Shown piece after piece: positions 43,243 to 57,092 of a stretch of 64,000 nt of DNA. The stretch is from positions 4,154,001-4,218,000 of the forward strand of contig OZ024756.1 of NCBI GenBank assembly GCA_964016885.1, read 5' to 3'. The notes under the pieces were generated by a model. That model had not been told where the DNA came from, did not search any database, and was given only the letters and a program-made list of their open reading frames with translations. This stretch comes from Eledone cirrhosa. Taxonomy: Eukaryota. Numbering within the stretch: position 1 is the first letter of the stretch; each line of letters starts with the position of its first letter. The translations under genes were made by a program, and so were the position numbers.

Positions 43243-43835
43243 TCGGGTCACTCTTGAGTGCTACTGGTAACATGTAACCCAGTACAACCTGTCGCATGGT
43301 CGGGTCGTCGGCGACTAAACCGGCAACCCCACCAAGTTTACTTGGTGAGGAGAGTGATTTTGGACACACTGCAGGACAAAAAACAAAACCTGACAAAGGG
43401 CAGAAGAACTCATAAGAGTCAACGGCCATCCACAAGTGTGTAAATATGTATATACACATGTACATATGTATGTATATATATAATGGGTGCATGTGTATGT
43501 ATATGCGCGGGGACATAAAAATAGTCGGGCTGGACACCCGATCGCGCGGTTAAACCACTGGGAGTGAAGGACCCTAGCCTTTGTCAGAGCATTATTCTAG
43601 GAGAAGGCAACTCAGGAAACTGGGATAACTCCGATATAAAACCTGCGGCTCAGTAGTTACCGATGATGTTGATCTTCTCTTCTTTTCGGGTTATAGCTAG
43701 TGTCGCTCAGAGAGTGGGATTGGCTCAGTGCACAGTCTTTCCTCACTTTAAAAAATATCTTCACCCACAGGCATTGCACGATAGAATTAATTGATAAATA
43801 TTAATAATGTTATATCGTGCAATGGCCATTGCTCG
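43243..43835. mobile_element. Longer copy of the 9860-10335 repeat
   Basis: Shared ~430 bp plus ~150 bp GC-richer left extension. Confidence 0.8.
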
Positions 43836-44108
43836 GTTTGTTGTTGTTTTTTCGCTGTTTTTTCACTGTTTTCTCTTTTCTTCCCTTTTGTTTTCCTTCC
43901 TTCCCTCCTCCGTTTTCCCAATAACTTATCCAGTTATTGACGCCCTGGGCGATAGATATATTGTATTTAAAGCGTAGAAATATCCGAGACCCCCAGTAGA
44001 AAACTGATGAGGAAAACTACCCCCCCACCCCACCTCCCCTTCTTGCTTTCATCTTATTCCCGGTCCATTTTAAGATACCTTAAATAGCAACTACACAGCC
44101 ATTTCTAT

Positions 44109-44220
<112 letters not shown>

Positions 44221-44351
44221 GGGGGTAGAGATAATAAATGACCCCAGAATGTTATTTCAGTTATGTAGCTGGAATGAAACTGATGACCTAAACATGTGGT
44301 AACCTTTTACAAGCAAACCTAGTTTACCATTCTTATACCAAGGAAACCCCA

Positions 44352-44960
44352 GCCACCACCATCACCTCACCACCACCTCAACGATTGTCATTTCAATCAC
44401 TGACACCATCACCATCACCAACATCACCACCACCACCGTCACCACCAGCACCACAACCATCCCCACCATCACCATCACCACCACCTCAACAATTGTGAAT
44501 TCAACCAATGACACCATCACCAGCATTACCAACATCACCACCACCACCACCGTCACCACCACCACCACCATCTCCACCATCACCATCACCACCACCTCAA
44601 CGATTGTCATTTCAATCACTGACGCCATCACCATCACCAACATCACCACCACCACCGTCACCACCAGCACCACAACCATCCCCACCATCACCATCACCAC
44701 CACCTCAACAATTGTGAATTCAACCAATGACACCATCACCACCATTACCAACATCACCACCATCACCACCATCACCATCACCACCACCAAAATCACCATC
44801 ACCACTACTACGTCAACCATTATGATTTCAACTACTGCCACCATCACCATCACCATCACAATCACCACCACATCAACCATTGTCACCTCAACCACTGCCA
44901 CCATTACCAGCAAATCAACCACAACCACCAAAACCACCAGAATCAGCAGAATTACAACCA
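44352..44960. repeat. (ACC/ATC)n-derived tract with ~219-bp internal duplication
   Basis: acctcaacgattgtcatttcaatcactgac at ~44375 and ~44594. Confidence 0.85.
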
Positions 44961-46060
44961 CCACCATTAAGGACCATCAATACCACCACTACTACAACCA
45001 CCACCATTAAGGACCACCAATACCACCACTACTACAACCACCACCATTAAGGACCACCAATACCACCACTACAACAACCACCACCATTAAGGGCCACAAA
45101 TACCACAACTACTACAACCACCACCATTATGGACCACCAATACCACCACTACTACAACCACCACTATTAAGGACCACCAATACCACCACTACTACAACCA
45201 CCACCACTAAGGACCACCAATACCACCACTACTACAACCACCACCATTAAGGACCACCAATACCACCACTACTACAACCACCACCATTAAGGACCACCAA
45301 TACAACCACTACTACAACCACCACCATTAAGGACCACCAATACCACCACTACTACAACCACCACCATTAAGGACCACCAATACCACCACTACTACAACCA
45401 CCACCATTAAGGACCACCAATACCACCACTACTACAACCACCACCATTAAGGACCACCAATACCACCACTACTACAACCATCACCTTTAAGGACCACCAA
45501 TACCACTACTACTACAACCACTACCATTAAGGACCACCAATACCACCACTACTACAACCATCACCATTAAGGACCACCAATACCACCACTACTACAATCA
45601 TCACCATTAAGGACCACCAATACAACCACTACTACAACCATCACCATTAAGGACCACCAATACCACCACTACTACAACCATCACCATTAAGGACCACCAA
45701 TACCACCACTACTCCAACCACCACCATTAAGGACCACCAATACCACCACTACTACAACTACCAACATTAAGGACCACCAATACCACCACTACTACAACCA
45801 CCACCATTAAGGACCACCAATACCACCACTACTACAACCACCACCACTAAGGACCACCAATACCACTACTACAACCACCACCATTAAGGACTACCAATAC
45901 CACCACTACTACAACCACCACCATTAAGGACCACCAATACCACCACTACTACAACCACCACCATTAAGGACCACCAATACCACCACTACTACAACCACCA
46001 CCATTAAGGACCACCAATACCACCACTACTACAACCACCACCATTAAGGACCACCAATAC
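44955..46060. repeat. 40-bp minisatellite (accaccaccattaaggaccaccaataccaccactactaca), ~27 copies
   Basis: ttaaggacc every 40 bp. Confidence 0.97.
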
Positions 46061-46209
46061 GAACCACCCCTACCATTATACCATAAAGACCATCAACGTT
46101 ACAGACCACCACTGTGCCGGACCACCACTGTGCCGGACAACGAACAATAAATCCCGATGATTCTGTAAATTCTGTAATATCTATTTATACATGTTTACAG
46201 ATGACTATA

Positions 46210-46367
46210 GGCTGTGAGTTGGCAGAGTCGTTAGAACGTCGGATAGAATGTCTTGTTGTATTAGTTCTGCCTCTCTGCTCTCTGAGTTCAAATCCCGCCG
46301 AGGCCAACTTTGCTTTTCACCCTTTCGAAGTCGATGAAAAAAGTACCAGTCGTGTACTGGTGTCGAT
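46210..46367 (+). mobile_element. Diverged SINE family A
   Basis: tggcagagtcg, B-box, body. Confidence 0.75.
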
Positions 46368-46502
46368 CCTTCCTCCATATATCTTTCTCATTTCCTCTCT
46401 CTCACTTTATCTCATCGCAGTGAAGTATATCTCTAATGACTTGATTTTTTTATTTCATTGGTTTAACTTTTTTCTTCCTAAGAATCGTCTTTTTCTCCCT
46501 AT

Positions 46503-46544
<42 letters not shown>

Positions 46545-46547
46545 ATG

Positions 46548-46778
46548 GAGGTGTAACACACAAGTTATGATATATTGGTAAACGGAAAAGAAAATGCTGA
46601 CAAATTGTTCACAGTGAAAAATAGTTTAATTAGGAATAACTGAGAATTAGTAATAGTATTGGTTAGTATTCAGTTTTGGTTTTATGAATACTAACCAATA
46701 CTATTACTAATTCTCACTTATTCCTAATTAAACTATTTTTCACTGTGAACAATTTGTCAGCATTTTCTTGTCCGTTTA

Positions 46779-46786
<8 letters not shown>
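46548..46786. mobile_element. Fold-back element, no HHR retained
   Basis: Arms ~46571-46672 and ~46686-46786, short left tail, (TA)n flanks. Confidence 0.85.
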
Positions 46787-46831
<45 letters not shown>

Positions 46832-46838
<7 letters not shown>

Positions 46839-47243
46839 TAAAAAAATAATGAATAAAACAATGAAACAGTTCCTTATATTAAACAAAAAAAGTTCATTAT
46901 TTAACGATCGTTTCTAGGACATATATGTGTTAGAATTGGCATGCATATTCAACAGATCTATGTACAAAATTATACAAAATTATACAAACTATCAAATATA
47001 ATATACATACCAACACATACATTTGCCGTCTTCAGAAATAATGAACTTTTTTTGTTTAATATAAGGAACTGTTTCATTGTTTTATTCATTATTTTTTTAA
47101 CATTTTATCTTGACTCTGTATTCCGTTTATCTTTCACCGAAAGTGATTTTTGAATGCATCTCTTCTTTCCATGATATCCGGATTACATTGGGTTCTTCAT
47201 ACGGATTGGACACTACCGTAAACTTTTGGTAGATTTATCTACA
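46832..47243. mobile_element. Fold-back element whose spacer is a hammerhead core
   Basis: Arms 46832-46902 and 47036-47108, right tail. Confidence 0.85.
46895..47043 (-). ncRNA. Type I hammerhead with ~114-nt stem II domain
   Basis: Minus: CATTATTT-CTGAAGA-cggca.atgtatgtgttgg...ctaacacatatat.gtccta-GAAA-CGATCG-TT-AAATAATG; palindromic stem III. Confidence 0.68.
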
Positions 47244-47267
47244 TATATATATATATATATACAATTC

Positions 47268-47887
47268 AATATATTAATACATGGAAACTATATTTATAAA
47301 ACCATATTAATTCTATTATATATATTTCAAGGGTACCAAAACTTTGGTACGCTCTCATCAGATAAAATACAAACTTTGTTTTATAAATATTGACATATTC
47401 AGGAATGAGACCTTAACGGTTCAAATTTTAACAGGTAAAACTTGAACCGATAAGGTCATTCCTGGATATGTCAATATTTATAAAACAAGCTCTGTATTTT
47501 ATCTGATGAGAGCGTACCAAAGTTTTGGTACCCTTGAAATATATATAATTGTCTCTACTTTACTCACAAGGCCAGCAATTACCCAGTGCATTACTGGTAC
47601 TTTATTTTATCGACCCCGCAAGGATGAAAGGCAAAGTCAACCGCGGTGGGATTTGAACTCAGATCGTAAAGGGAGGTATATATGCTGGAAAGCATGACGT
47701 CCAACCCTCTACTGATACTGCCAATCCACCGCCCTTGAAATATATATAATAGAATTAATATGGTTTTATAAATATAGTTTCCATTTATTAATATCATTGA
47801 TATTATACTCCAGAAAATCTGTTGAGTGCTTCGAATGTGTTATAAATATATATATTTGTTGAATTACCAACAAATTAAATATCCGTT

Positions 47888-47893
<6 letters not shown>
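47268..47893. mobile_element. Fold-back element with HHR in each arm; right HHR interrupted by a SINE
   Basis: Related to the 35002 family; HHR ~47310-47368 (-) and 47496-47549 (+): ATTTTAT-CTGATGA-GAGCGTACCAA..TTGGTACCCTT-GAAA-TATATA-TA. Confidence 0.85.
47547..47734 (-). mobile_element. SINE family A with ~19-bp TSD
   Basis: cccttgaaatatatataat at 47531-47549 and 47732-47750. Confidence 0.9.
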
Positions 47894-47933
<40 letters not shown>

Positions 47934-47934
<1 letters not shown>

Positions 47935-48120
47935 CGAAGGAAATGTGTAAGGAACCAGGTGGACCATAACGCACCAAAGTACTCAATACTGAGGGTAGTA
48001 GAGTGGGTAATAGGAACGAGTAGGACCCCGACGGCTGAGCTCAAGCCGTTTCGACGGCTAATTCTGGACTGAATTAGCCGTCGAAACGGCTTGAGCTCAG
48101 GCGTCGGGGTCCTACTCGTT

Positions 48121-48124
<4 letters not shown>
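47934..48124. mobile_element. Fold-back family F1 copy
   Basis: Tail plus inverted arms in (TA)n. Confidence 0.9.
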
Positions 48125-48169
<45 letters not shown>

Positions 48170-48684
48170 CGTACCAGTCTAGTACTGGGGTCAATTCTTC
48201 CTCTATAGTTATTTCTCATTTCCTCTCTCTAGCTTTCTATCCTTCTCTGGAAGAAATCTGCTGTCCTCAGGCCTGGAGAGGGAGGGGCTCTGCCAGGCTT
48301 AAAATGCCCAAGAAACGCCGTATGTCAACACACACTGCACCCCTACGATTCTATCATGAGTTACGGGATCACACCCTATCATACAGATGGTTATGCTTGT
48401 TTGCCTGAGGAAAGTCATGTGACTAGTTTCAAAGCTATATCTGTTGCTGTCCATCAAAGTTCCAATGGCCGATTGTGTTCCGGTCTTAAAGTATATACCA
48501 TTCCTCATGCCCCCTCAGAACCTAGCCTCCTCCTTCTTTAATTATCTAAACGTGGTCCCCACCCCATCGACATGCACACATTCCTTCACATATACATAGA
48601 CACATGTACAAACATATACATATTTACACAGCTATCTCTGTTGTGTCAATCTATCACACACATATATACGTATGTATTTGTATA

Positions 48685-48731
<47 letters not shown>

Positions 48732-48816
48732 GTGTGTATGTGTGTGTGTGTGTGTGTGTGTGTATAAATATATATATATATGTGTGTGTGTGTACATATA
48801 TATATGTATATGTATG

Positions 48817-48867
<51 letters not shown>

Positions 48868-48925
48868 GAATGTATATATGTGGTTGTGTGTGAATATATG
48901 TGTGTGTGTGTATAAGTAAGTAAGC

Positions 48926-48958
<33 letters not shown>

Positions 48959-49085
48959 TATAAGTATATGTACATATATACAAATGTATATGTATATGTA
49001 TATATATATATATACATACATACATATATATATAAATTCATATATATGTATGTATATTTACATACATATACATATGTATATATTC

Positions 49086-49163
<78 letters not shown>

Positions 49164-49186
49164 TATATATATGTATATATATATAC

Positions 49187-49265
<79 letters not shown>

Positions 49266-49727
49266 TATATATATGTATATATATATATGGTTGTGTGTTA
49301 ATATGTGTGTGTTCGTAAATGTATGTGTGAGGGTTCGTGTTATATGTTATATTCGTGTATATCTAATTTGATGTTACGATATCGACAATATTATATGTTA
49401 TTGATATAAGAACGGTAATATCAATATCGTGATAGAAACACAAATAACGATGTAGATATATGAAAGATCATCGGGTATGAAATACACCCGGGGCTTAAAT
49501 ACCTTTACCTGACATAATTAACCATTGTCCTTGAGGTTTGTTTTGCTACGCATTTAATGGAGAACTTCCATTAAGAAATAATTCAACATGACAACGTTAA
49601 TGGTGAATGTTTGCTTGGATACCCCGAAAAGCCTGAGGTACAAATCTTACGTGTCACGATACCTTTTTGTCCACCAGAAACAGCTTCTCAGGAAAATGCC
49701 AACAACGACCTAAGTTTCAAAGTAAGG

Positions 49728-50016
49728 CAGACATGGCAACCTTTTTCGAGAAGAGGGCCGCATGAGATATGATTCATCTTCAGGCAGGCCGCACGCACTA
49801 ATTTACATTCGTGCCCACATTAAAAAAAGGGCGGTAACTCAGGTTATTTTGATTTGTTTCTTCAGAATTCGTACACGTTGCTTTCCTCGATTGTAAAAAT
49901 GATAGAAAGATAAATTTTGACTGAAAAGTTGGGGTAAAAAAATCAGAAAGATTTCTCTTAGGTGACTTAGGCGAGTCATTCAGAAAACGTCGCGGGCTGC
50001 GGGTTGCCCATGACTG
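49728..50016. mobile_element. hAT-type MITE
   Basis: Termini CAGACATGGCAACC / GGTTGCCCATGACTG; 8-bp imperfect TSD aagtaagg / taataagg. Confidence 0.7.
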
Positions 50017-50460
50017 TAATAAGGTCATCTATAGAACTCCGACAAAAGAGGGCAAGTCCTTCGTCTTTATAATGTTCAGTTAAGAAGTACTTTCGATAAT
50101 AAGAGTGAGGTCTTCAATTTTCGCTGCATAAGACTTATATCGACTGTTCCTGCAGTAGTAGTAACTGTAGAATTTAAATAGTGTATCTTATCTCTCTCAT
50201 CCACATTGAGATCTTTCAACTTGATCACTGTCATGTATATGTACACACAAACACACACACACATACACACATACACACACATACACACACATACACACAC
50301 GCATTTACGCGCGCGCACATATATACATATATATCGGTGTATGTATGTGTGTGTTTGTTTGTATGTCAACGTGTTAACTTCCCTCTTTAAGGGTCTTCAT
50401 GCAATTTTATAAGCTACTTTATAGCATCTCCGCGCATGAGCACAGCATTCAGTATATATA

Positions 50461-51362
50461 CGAGGGCAATCCCAAAAGTAAGGTCTCCAAAGCGATGGGG
50501 ACGCAGAGAAACTGTTCGTACGGCTGTTGGCAACACTGTTGTGATTTGTGCTTCCTTCACTCCCAAACAAGCATGCGCGCGCTTCGCTCGGATGCTCAGT
50601 CTTCGCTTGGCAGCCGTTGAAAATGGAGCTCCTGTTGAACGCTACTGCCAAGTGTGAAGTTCGCGCAGTTATTCGGTTTAGAGACGCAAGAGGCGTTGAA
50701 CCGATTGAAATTCATCGCCAATTGACGGAAGAGTATGGACAGTCGTGCATGGATGTCAAAAACATTCGCAAGTGGTGTAGAGAGTTTACAGCCGGTCCTA
50801 CTGAAATTCACGACGAACAAAGGAGCGGGAAACCGTCAATTTCCGCCGAGACAGTCGCAATTTTTCTGTTAAAATCCTGTGGATGGTGCTTCGGGAAACC
50901 TCAGGAACCAAAATGCAGAGAGCATCCAGAGTGATCCGCCGATCTTTACGCATGTTTTCCTCAACCTTTGCGACTGTCTCGTCGGAAATTGACGGTTTCC
51001 CGCTCCTTTGTTCGTCGTGAATTTCAGTACGACCGGCTGTAAACTCTCTACACCACATGGGAACGTTTTTGACATCCATGCACGACTGTCCATACTCTTC
51101 CGTCAATTGGCGATGAATTTCAATCGGTTCAACGCCTCTTGCGTCTCTAAACCGAATAACTGCGAGAACTTCACACAGTAGCGTTCAACGGGAGCTCCAT
51201 TCTCAACGGCTGCCAAGCGAACAATGAGCATCCGAGCGAAGCGCGCGCATGTTTGTTTGAGAGTGAAGGAAGCACCAATCACAACAGTGTTGCTAACAGC
51301 CGTACGAACAGTTTCTCTGCGTCCCCATCGCTTTGGAGACCTTACTTTTGGGATTGCCCTCG
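50461..51362. mobile_element. Palindromic mariner derivative made of two inverted 5' ends
   Basis: TA|CGAGGGCAATCCCAAAAGTAAGGTCTCC TIRs; both arms encode the mariner N-terminal HTH (EVRAVIRF..EIHRQL..WCREF..DEQRSGKPS); no DD34D domain. Confidence 0.92.
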
Positions 51363-51403
51363 TATATATGTATATATATGTATATATATATGTATATATA
51401 TAT

Positions 51404-51851
51404 ATATTGTTATACTTGGGGAGGGTCATATTTGTGTAATATTGCCAGAATTAATAACAATTAATAAATAAATAAATAAATAAATATATAAACAGACTAA
51501 AAAAAGATGGCGTAGAAAATACAATGTAACGGGAGGAAACAATAGCACCACTGACGATGTTGCAGATGTGCAACGAAAGAACTTTGATCAACTATATATA
51601 TGTGTTTGTGTCTATATTGTATCTGTATTATTTTTGACCGTTGGTCAGTCAATGGCAACATTGAGGACCGAATAAATTAGATTACCGATATAAAAGACAC
51701 AGAAGCGAAAAGCGAAAACCAACCAAACAGTGAGTGTATTCTGTTATTAATTCTGGCAATATTACACAAATATGACCCTCCCAAGTATAACAATATTTGT
51801 TTCGACACACGATTTCATATAAAAAACCTCGCAAAACTAATTCATCGCCGT
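51404..51851 (+). mobile_element. Non-coding fold-back copy of the PLE terminal repeat with HHR (51547-51588)
   Basis: Matches ~29190-29475 plus the tail seen inverted at 27656-27695; short inverted arm 51404-51460. Confidence 0.88.
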
Positions 51852-51874
51852 TATATATATATATATAGTGAATT

Positions 51875-52063
51875 GGGCGGTGAATTGACAGTATCGGTAG
51901 AGGGTCGGACGCAATGCTTTCTAGCATAGTTACGTCCCTTTACGGTCTGAGTTCAAATCCCGCCGAGGTTAACTTTGCCTTTCATCCTTACGGGGTCGAT
52001 AAAATAAAGTACCAGTAATGTACTGGTTAATTGCTGGCCGTGTGCCTAAAGTAGAAACAGTTA
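51875..52063 (+). mobile_element. SINE family A, full length
   Basis: gggcggtg head, B-box, tail. Confidence 0.9.
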
Positions 52064-52080
52064 TATATATATATATATAA

Positions 52081-52143
<63 letters not shown>

Positions 52144-53174
52144 GTTCATGTGCATATCTAGAAATATAGTATGTACTGTCTGCCTGGATACGTATATTCA
52201 AATATATAGCATACAGCCATATGATACGCATATGTCGATGACGTATATCACACAGATATCATTATATGGAAGCAGGTGGTTTCGGACATAAACACACACA
52301 CATACACACACACATACACACAGAGTCTGCAGTTGCCATCAGTTTTAGGGTTCAAATAATTCCCTACACAAATATAAAATCATAAAAGTGTTTATATATT
52401 TATATTTGAACTAAACACACGTTTGAAAAGTAAGGTGCAATATATATATATATACATTTTTATGTATGTATGTATGTATATATATATATACATGTGTGTG
52501 TGCGTATGTGCCTGTACACGTATAAAAAACGCATACACATTCACAGTGCCACATACTCGCCACATACTCATATGGCCTCGCGGTTGTTTCCTCTCTCTCT
52601 CTCTCTTTCTCTATCTCTCTCTCTCTATATATATATATATATGTATGTATGTATGTATATATATATAATCCCTCTCTCTTACTATATTCCTGTCTCCCAT
52701 AAATTCCCATATTTATATAACCATGGTTGTATATATATATACATACACACACACATATATATATATTTATATCTGTATGTATATATATATATATATATAC
52801 ATACACACACACACACACATATATATATATATTTATATATGTATTTATATACATATATATATATCTATACATACACACACACACACACATATATATATAT
52901 TTATATATGTATGTATATACATATATATATATACACATACACACAGACACACACACATATATATATATATATATGTATCTATATACATATATATATATAT
53001 ATTTATATATGTATATATATGTATGTATATACATATACATATATACATATACACATATATCATTCTATCTGTGTGCGTTTGATGTTTTTGAGGTTTCCTC
53101 TTCATAATACTTTCGCACAACTAAATACTTTAGCACATATATACATATATATATATACATATATATACACATAT

Positions 53175-53211
<37 letters not shown>

Positions 53212-53297
53212 AACACACACATATATATATATCTGTGGCTGTGTAGGTGTGTGTGTACGTGTATGTATATACGTGAGTGTGTATATGTGTATGTGTA

Positions 53298-53363
<66 letters not shown>

Positions 53364-53601
53364 TACACATACACATATGTGTGTGTATGTGTATGTATAT
53401 ACGTGAGTGTGTATATGTGTATGTGTATATATGTGTGTATATATATATATATATACACATGTATACACATACACATATACACACTCACGTATATACATAC
53501 ATACACATGTATATATACACATACACATATACACACTCACGTATATACATACACACACACACATACACACACACAAACACACACATATATATATATATAT
53601 A

Positions 53602-53644
<43 letters not shown>

Positions 53645-54100
53645 GTGTATATGTATGTGTGTGTATGTGTGTATGTGTGTGTGTATGTATGTGTGTGTAT
53701 GTGTGTATGTGTGTATGTGTGTGTATGTGTGTGTATGTATGTTTGTGTAAAGGGACAAATACGGATACATGGAATCACACAACCACTATACCATATTTAT
53801 ATACAACCGACCTTAACCACATATGGATTTGACATTAGCCATTGTACTTTGGTTCTGTGTGTGTGTGTGTGTGTGTGTCTATGTGTGTGTGTGTGTGTGT
53901 GTGTGAGTGTGTGTGAGTGTGTGTTTGTGTGTGTGTGTGTGTGTGGGTGTGTGTCTATGTGTGTGTGTGAGTGTGTGTGAGTGTGTGTTTGTGTGTGTGT
54001 GTCTGTGTGTGTGTGTGAGCGTGTGAGTGAGTGCGTGTGTGTCTGTGTGTGTGTGAGCGTGTGAGTGAGTGCGTGTGTGTCTGTGTGTATGTGTGAGTGA

Positions 54101-54135
<35 letters not shown>

Positions 54136-54929
54136 CGTGTGTGTGAGTGCGTGTGTGTCTCTCTGTGTGTGTGTGCGTGCGTGTGTGTGTGTCTATGTGT
54201 GTGTGTGTGTCTGTGTGAGCGTGTGAGTGAGTGCGCGTGTGTCTCTGTGTCTGTGTGTGTGTGTGCGTGTGGGTGTATATGTGTGTTTGGTATTAAACAT
54301 GCCTGTTGCAATGTATGGTTAAATTTATGTAAATGTTTCCTGACAGATAACAGTGTATGTATATATGTATATGTATGTGTGTATATATGTTTATATATAT
54401 GTATATGTATACACACACACACACACACCTACACACACACACAAATATATATATGTATATGTACATGTATACATATATATATGTGTGTGTGTGTATGTAT
54501 ATGTATTTACATCCATATATATATATTGCGTGTATATATATGTATATATATATATATATGTGTGTGTATGTGAATATGTGTGTTTGTGTTTCGTGTATGT
54601 CTCTTTATATGTATGCGTCTCAATGTATGCGTATATATGTCTGTGTATATATGCATATATATATATATGTGTGTCTGACTGTATGCAATGCAAGTACTTC
54701 CAATATCCTTGCTTATCTTGCAGAGGAAATTGCATGTATTTTATGTCCGTGATATTTCGGCTGTTTCCGTACATCCCCGGCTCTGCGCTCGGCTGCATAT
54801 AACCAGCAGCATCTATACCCCTGCTTATACTGCCGCTGGTAAACTGATCATTTGAACATGTCTGTGAGCCTCGGACTGTTAGGAACACATTGCGCCCAGG
54901 CATTGAATATATTACATACTTATGAGCAT

Positions 54930-55790
54930 GAAGAACTAATGTGTACGGGAGCCTCCCGAGAGTAGCACAGAGGAGACTGTGGTTAGCTGGACATGCTCAC
55001 CGACTTCCAGAGTTGACACAGCATTCAGTGCTCCTGTGGGAGTCCCTACATGGACACACTGGAAGAGGAAGACTGAGGTTAGTTGGACATCGTCACCGAC
55101 ATCCAGAGTTGACACAGCATTCAGTGCTCCTGTGGGAGCCCCTACATGGACACACTGGAAGAGGAAGACTGAGGTTAGTTGGACATCGTCACCGACATCC
55201 AGAGTTGACACAGCATTCAGTGCTCCTGTGGGAGCCCCTACATGGAAACACTGGAAGAGGAAGACTGAGGTTAGTTGGACATCGTCACCGACATCCAGAG
55301 TTGACACTGCACTCAGTGCTCCTGTGGGAGCCCCTACATGGACACACTGGAAGAGGAAGACTGAGGTTAGTTGGACATCGTCACCGACATCCAGAGTTGA
55401 CACTGCACTCAGTGCTCCTGTGGGAGCCCCTACATGGACACACTGGAAGAGGAAGACTGAGGTTAGCTGGACATGCTCACCGACATCCAGAGTTGACACA
55501 GCATTCAGTACTCCTGTGGGTGCCCCTGCATGGACACACTGGAAGAGGAAAACTGAAGTTAGTTGGACATCGTCACCGACATCCAGAGTTGACACTGCAC
55601 TCAGTGCTCCTGTGGGTGCCCCTGCATGGACACACTGGAAGAGAGAGACCAAGGTTAACATATGTTGATGCCCTATGGACAGTCACTGGTCTGTTGGATA
55701 CACAGGATATGGTAGCGATAATCAGGGACAGAAACCGCTGGAGAGAACTCGTCCATGGATCTCGGGAATTTTACACGCCCTAAAGATATA
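54930..55790 (+). mobile_element. RTE LINE 3' end (same family as 23175) with 7 tandem 96-bp internal repeats
   Basis: ORF 54941-55783; unit RLRLVGHRHRHPELT..HGHTGRG; period 96. Confidence 0.92.
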
Positions 55791-56284
55791 TATTTCAATA
55801 TAGGACATGGTTTTATGTTCTACTTTCTCTTCCTATACCCTCCACTTTTATATCATTATTCTAAATTGATTCTTTCAAATGTGATTGGCGCTTCTCGCAT
55901 GTCTATTTAAATATCTATACATAGTAAGTTATATATATATGAAGCCGAGAATCATTCGGTTTCCTAAATAGAATATTAGTCTATGACTCCATTTATACCA
56001 TAAACGTGTTTTTGTCTTTGCGTATAATTGTTCTTTCGCACCACATAACGACGTATTATCTTCGCTTTTTTCCGTTCATTGCCAGGGAACGTCTTCACGA
56101 ACCAAAGTATCGTTTTCCTGTTTTCCTTCGGTTGCAACGTTTTTCGAAGTATTTACTACTGCCTTTAAAAATTCATTTTTTTTTTTAGTTTCAGAAGATG
56201 CCGTTAAGTGTGAAAGCAGCGATTCTTTGCTTAAACTTTAATCTGTTATTTATATATCTATATCTATATCTATCTATCTATCTA

Positions 56285-56335
<51 letters not shown>

Positions 56336-56343
<8 letters not shown>

Positions 56344-56848
56344 AATATAAATATTAATAAAATAGATGTTCTTTTGATCAATTATATTTTATTATACATA
56401 TTTCGGATGTACAACAGTACGTCCTCATCAGACAAAATTATAATGTTACATGACATACCCTGAGATGTTAAATGGTTAAGATTTAATCAAGAACTACCTT
56501 GATTAAATCTTAACCATTTAACATCTCAGGGTATGTCAAATCCCGCCGAGGTTAACTTTGCCTTTCATCCTTACGGGGTCGATCAAATAAAGTGCCAGTA
56601 ATACACTGGGATAATTGCTGGCCTTGTGCCAAAAAGTTGAAACAATTATATTTTGTCTGATGAGGACGTACTGTTGTACATCCGAAATATTTATAATAAA
56701 ATGTAATTGATCAAAAGAACATCTATTTTATTAATATTTATATTTTAATATTCATAACTCCGGAAAATTATTTACCGTAGAATGCTTCCAATCTACTGTA
56801 AAACTCATTCTTTGACATAATCATTGAATATTGTTTAACACTTTAATA
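56336..56848. mobile_element. Fold-back element with HHR in each arm and a nested SINE (56537-56649)
   Basis: HHR 56386-56438 (-) and 56650-56702 (+): ATTTTGT-CTGATGA-GGACGTAC tgtt GTACATCC-GAAA-TATKTA-TA-ATAAAAT. Confidence 0.88.
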
Positions 56849-56936
56849 TATATATATATATTGGATTTTAGTCTTCAAATTTATTATATATATATATATA
56901 TATATATTGGATTTTAGTCTTCAAATTTATTATTAT

Positions 56937-57004
<68 letters not shown>

Positions 57005-57092
57005 ATAATAATAAATTTGAAGACTAAAATCCAAAGCGGGCTCGATAAGGATAAATATATATCAAATATATAAAAACCGTATATATATATAT

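Noticed and set aside
44362-45010. Thr-rich mucin-like ORF
   Set aside because: Derived from an (ACC/ATC)n repeat and runs into a 40-bp array with stops; an exon cannot be fully excluded without RNA-seq.
53250-53600. Inverted repeat within TA/TG-rich DNA
   Set aside because: Built from self-complementary microsatellite motifs; probably local slippage or inversion, with no HHR or tail.
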